Assembly: GCA_019894975.1 (NCBI GenBank)
Contig: JAGXNO010000001.1
Location: 96,001 to 160,000, forward strand
Direction of reading: 5' to 3'
DNA: 64,000 nucleotides
Source of the DNA: Promethearchaeota archaeon
Lineage (GTDB): Archaea > Asgardarchaeota > Lokiarchaeia > Sigyniarchaeales > SOKP01
In this document: piece by piece, positions 60,373-64,000 of the stretch
Position numbering within the stretch: position 1 is the first letter of the stretch
How the letters are laid out: every line of letters begins with the position of its first letter
Translations under genes and position numbers: made by a program
The notes under the pieces: generated by a model
What the model was told of the DNA's origin: nothing
Databases searched by the model: none
What the model saw: the letters and a program-made list of their open reading frames with translations, nothing else

Positions 60373-61245
60373 ATGGATCCTACGATTTTTTTAATAGAAG
60401 ATGATGATGTGCTTGTCCAGAATTTAAAAATGTTCATGGAAATGCATAATTTTCAACTAATTTCAGCTTCCAATGGGAAAGAAGGATTAAAACTCCTTTC
60501 AAATCTTAAATAAAACCCAGATGTTATAATTAGTGACATACTAATGCCAGAAATGGATGGATATGACTTCTATATGAAGGTTGCAGAAAATTCAGAATGG
60601 TCAAGAATACCCTTTTTCTTTTTATCAGGAAAAGCTGAACCTGATGATGTAAGGTTTGGTGAAATACTTGGAGCAGATGATTACATCACTAAACCATTTA
60701 AATCTAAAGAATTATTGAAACGAATTAAAAAAACTATAAAAGAGCATAGTAAAATAAGTAAAGATTCCAAGGTCTTAGAAGAGGAATTAAAAGAAATCCT
60801 AAAATTTGAAGAACCATCTCTAAAAAAATATCGGAGAGCCGAATTCTTCTACATATACTATATGGTTTGGAATAATGAATCTGAACCAATACTGAAAGAA
60901 TATTTCCCTAGAAACGAAATTCCTTCACTTAATCTCAAAGATCTCACTTCTCAATTATATTCTACCTTAATTAAAATGTATAAATTCGAAGAACTGTCAG
61001 AATCAAGCCAATTTACTCTGAGAGTAGTAAAAGATTTAGTTGATGCTTATGCGTTAATAGATAAATTGGATACTAAATCCCAAAATGAGGAAGGAACATT
61101 CATGCTTTGTGCAATTACTCCCAATTCGCATTATTTACAATCCCAAATGATAAGAGCTGTGCTAAGTAAAATCGCATCTAAAATAAAGGCGCACAAGGAA
61201 TGGAATATAAAAGATTATTGGGAGTTATTATTAGATATAGAGTAA
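60373..61245 (+). pseudogene. Response regulator (receiver + C-terminal alpha/beta domain) with in-frame TAA at 60511-60513
   Basis: MDPTIFLIEDD...ASNGKEGL..LSNLK*NPDVIISDILMPEMDG...GADDYITKPF is in one frame throughout. Confidence 0.8.
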
Positions 61246-61411
61246 GGTATCAATGATATTTACCGTATCTTCTTTTAAATTAAGAATTATTTAAAAAATG
61301 TCCTTGAAATTAGTAATAGATATTATTTTATTCAATTAATAATTACTTTATTTCATTAGGATTAAATGAGTCTTAAAAAGATATTTAATTTTAAGAATTA
61401 CTAGGGGAATT

Positions 61412-62725
61412 TTGATCTCATTGAATGAACAAGAATATCAAGAAATGATAAAACGTTGCCTTCGATGTTCAATTTGTAAATGGATTCCACAACTACAAAT
61501 TAAAAGCCAAAAATATGCAACAATTTGTCCTTCTATAGATTTATTCAACTATCACGCATATAGTGGAGGAGGACGCATTATTATAGCCCTTGCCTTAGAA
61601 ATGGGAAGATTAAAGCCTTCTGAAGAAATTCGTGATATAGTATATAAATGTACTGAATGCGGGGGTTGTGCTGTATCATGTAAGTTTTTAAACACTTTAG
61701 AACCACTTGAAATTATAAGTACACTCAGAGAAAAGTTAGTTTCTTTGGGCTACGGACCAATGCCAAAACAACAACAATATATTGAAGCTATAAAAAATAA
61801 TCATAATCCATACAATGAACCTCATGAAAATAGATTAGAGTGGCTCCCAAAGGATATTAAGATGGATCCTAAGGCCAAAACACTATATTTTGTAGGATGT
61901 ACCTCTTCTTACAGGAGAAAGGAAATAGCAATTGCAACTGCTCGTGTTTTAAATGCTGCTAATTATCCATTTAGAATTCTGGATGGTAATGAATTTTGTT
62001 GCGGCAGCCCTGTTCTAAGAACTGGAGATAAAGATTCCTTTGTACAACAGTTACATAAAAATATGGATATTATTGAGAAGGAAGGAATTGAGAATGTCGT
62101 TTTTAGTTGTGCAGGGTGTTATAATACTTTTAAAGTAGATTATCCATTAGAAAGAGAATATTCATTCAATATACTTCACACTACTGAAGTGTTTAATGAG
62201 TTAATCGCAAACTCAGCATTACAATTAAATAACCAAATTTCAGGAACTGTGACCTATCACGATCCTTGTCATCTAGGACGTAATTCAGAACAATATGAGG
62301 AATGGGATGGGGATGTGCTAGAATTAATGCCTTTAGTATCTATTAATATGCCCGAGAAGCCTAAAAGATGTGGAACAAGCGGAATTTATGATGCGCCAAG
62401 AGAAGTACTAAGGAAAATACAGGGACTAAATTTTGTTGAAATGGAAAGGAATAAAGAATTTTCATATTGTTGCGGTGCTGGGGGGGGAGTAAAATCAGCT
62501 TTTCCGGAATTTGCAGTTAAAACTGCAAAAACTCGAATTGAAGAGGCCGAAGATACTGGAGCAGATATAATTTCCTCAGCATGCCCTTTCTGTTCAACAA
62601 ATTTAAAAGATGGAATTGATGAAAGTGGTTCAAATCTTAGATTTTATGATATAAGTGAAATATTATTAATGGCCCTAGATTCACCACCTAAGTCTGTTAA
62701 AGAATCATCCACGGAGGTTTCATAA
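61412..62725 (+). CDS. Fe-S oxidoreductase, GlcF/HdrD-like (4Fe-4S + two CCG domains)
   Basis: CLRCSIC, CTECGGCAVSC, CCGSP, YHDPCHLGR, CCGAGGG and ACPFC motifs. Confidence 0.9.
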   Translation: MISLNEQEYQEMIKRCLRCSICKWIPQLQIKSQKYATICPSIDLFNYHAYSGGGRIIIALALEMGRLKPSEEIRDIVYKCTECGGCAVSCKFLNTLEPLEIISTLREKLVSLGYGPMPKQQQYIEAIKNNHNPYNEPHENRLEWLPKDIKMDPKAKTLYFVGCTSSYRRKEIAIATARVLNAANYPFRILDGNEFCCGSPVLRTGDKDSFVQQLHKNMDIIEKEGIENVVFSCAGCYNTFKVDYPLEREYSFNILHTTEVFNELIANSALQLNNQISGTVTYHDPCHLGRNSEQYEEWDGDVLELMPLVSINMPEKPKRCGTSGIYDAPREVLRKIQGLNFVEMERNKEFSYCCGAGGGVKSAFPEFAVKTAKTRIEEAEDTGADIISSACPFCSTNLKDGIDESGSNLRFYDISEILLMALDSPPKSVKESSTEVS

Positions 62726-64000
62726 ATGACACTGGAGAAGGAGATTCTTAAAGAATTTGAAGTAGTAGTGGGTGAAGAAAATGTTGATGATGGTGATGTT
62801 ATAACAAATGTGTATGCCTATAATTGGTGTATGGAAATTTTTAATTATATGGACGATAAAGAACCGATCCCGTTTTCTCCTACACCGAAAGCAGTTATTT
62901 TACCATCTTCAACCGAGGAAGTCCAAGATATAGTTAAATTATGTAATAAATATGGTATTTTATTCAAAGCACAATCTACAGGTTTAGGCCCCTGGAATCA
63001 ACCAACATCAGATAACTCTATTATTATAGATCTTCGTAGAATGAATAAAATTGTTAAAATAGATGAGAAAAACCTCTATGCTGTAATTGAACCGTATGTG
63101 AGTGGAGCCCAACTTCAAGTTGAAATAATGAAATTTGGTCTTAATTGTCATATGCCCGGGGCTGGTCCAATGGTCTCTCCATTAGCTAGCGCTACGAGTA
63201 TGAACGGTCCAGGATTTACATCCCCTTCTACAGGACATAGTGCAAGAAATGTGTTAGCTGTAGAATGGGTTTTACCCGATGGGGAAATTATGAAACTTGG
63301 GTCTTATGGACTAAAAAATAACCCTGATTGGTATCATGGGGACGGTCCTGGCCCGTCATTAAGAGGTATCATGCGAGGTTGGGCTGGTACAAAATCAGGA
63401 CTTGGTGTTTTCACGAAGGTTGCGGTAAAACTCTTTCCCTATCCCTGCAAAACAGATTATAATGTTAAAGGAAATTCTCCGAACTATGATTTTGAAATTC
63501 CAGATTTTATGAAATTGTATGTTATGGATTGTGGAAATTTCAAGAAATTGAAATCTACAATGTTAAAGGTCGAAGAACAAGAAATCTCATTCATGTGCAG
63601 TTTTTTGTCTGGATTTGCAGTGATGGCTATATTTTCCAATTCTATTGAAAGTTTAATGGATAAGATTGCTATTGGAAGGATGAAAGCTCCATTAGTAATA
63701 ATAATAGCCGCTCGTTCAAAACGAGAATTTGAATATAAACAAAAAGTAATGGATTATTTATTAACAAAACTAAAATTAAAGAATATAATTGGAAAGATCT
63801 ATAACCCTGATCCAATATTTTATGCTGAAGCACTTCGATCAAACTTGGGATTACACGGATTTATAGCGACTGGAGGATTTCAATCTTCTAAGGGAGTCGC
63901 AGACACAGCAGCAGTATGTCTTCGAAGTACAAAATCAAACATATCTTTAAAAAAGGATTATGCTAAGAAAGGGGTAATTGCGAACGATTTTGGTGAAGGT
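62726..64000 (+). CDS. FAD-binding oxidoreductase (GlcD/VAO-type), runs off the window edge
   Basis: Not in the ORF track. ATG directly follows the previous TAA: MTLEKEILKEF...PKAVILPSSTEEVQ...DLRRMNKIVKID...EPYV...RNVLAVEWVLPDGE...GPGPSLRG. Confidence 0.88.
   Translation, partial: MTLEKEILKEFEVVVGEENVDDGDVITNVYAYNWCMEIFNYMDDKEPIPFSPTPKAVILPSSTEEVQDIVKLCNKYGILFKAQSTGLGPWNQPTSDNSIIIDLRRMNKIVKIDEKNLYAVIEPYVSGAQLQVEIMKFGLNCHMPGAGPMVSPLASATSMNGPGFTSPSTGHSARNVLAVEWVLPDGEIMKLGSYGLKNNPDWYHGDGPGPSLRGIMRGWAGTKSGLGVFTKVAVKLFPYPCKTDYNVKGNSPNYDFEIPDFMKLYVMDCGNFKKLKSTMLKVEEQEISFMCSFLSGFAVMAIFSNSIESLMDKIAIGRMKAPLVIIIAARSKREFEYKQKVMDYLLTKLKLKNIIGKIYNPDPIFYAEALRSNLGLHGFIATGGFQSSKGVADTAAVCLRSTKSNISLKKDYAKKGVIANDFGEG

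Noticed and set aside
16722-60513. Genome-wide stop-codon reassignment explaining the internal TAG and TAA
   Set aside because: TAA, TAG and TGA all terminate conserved genes at expected positions in this window.

Overview
AT-rich archaeal chromosomal segment, most consistent with a Lokiarchaeia-type Asgard archaeon. This is an inference from TFB, archaeal-type ThyA, a SAMP-like protein, GGTGA Shine-Dalgarno motifs, and many fatty-acid and flavoprotein paralogs. The window holds about 70 mostly metabolic or housekeeping genes: maf, thyA, tatD, mutY, pyk, class II fba, SCP2 plus thiolase, acyl-CoA enzymes, SDRs, nitroreductases, a grpE-dnaK-dnaJ-tfb operon, an ABC-2 exporter and an FAD/Fe-S oxidoreductase cluster. 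I found no rRNA, tRNA, CRISPR array or transposase. The most notable observations are: (1) three genes whose N-termini have no ATG/GTG/TTG and appear to start at ATT or ATA codons at the normal distance behind a strong SD; (2) a secreted 7 x 126 bp beta-propeller with homogenised DNA scaffold and hypervariable slots, fused to a family-5 solute-binding protein and flanked by gene remnants; (3) a TFB paralog inside the Hsp70 operon behind a repeated-hairpin leader; (4) several small proteins missed by the ORF track, including two paralogous B-box/AN1-like zinc fingers and a Lys/Gly-rich amphipathic peptide; (5) three interrupted genes. All family calls are by motif recognition only; no searches were run.
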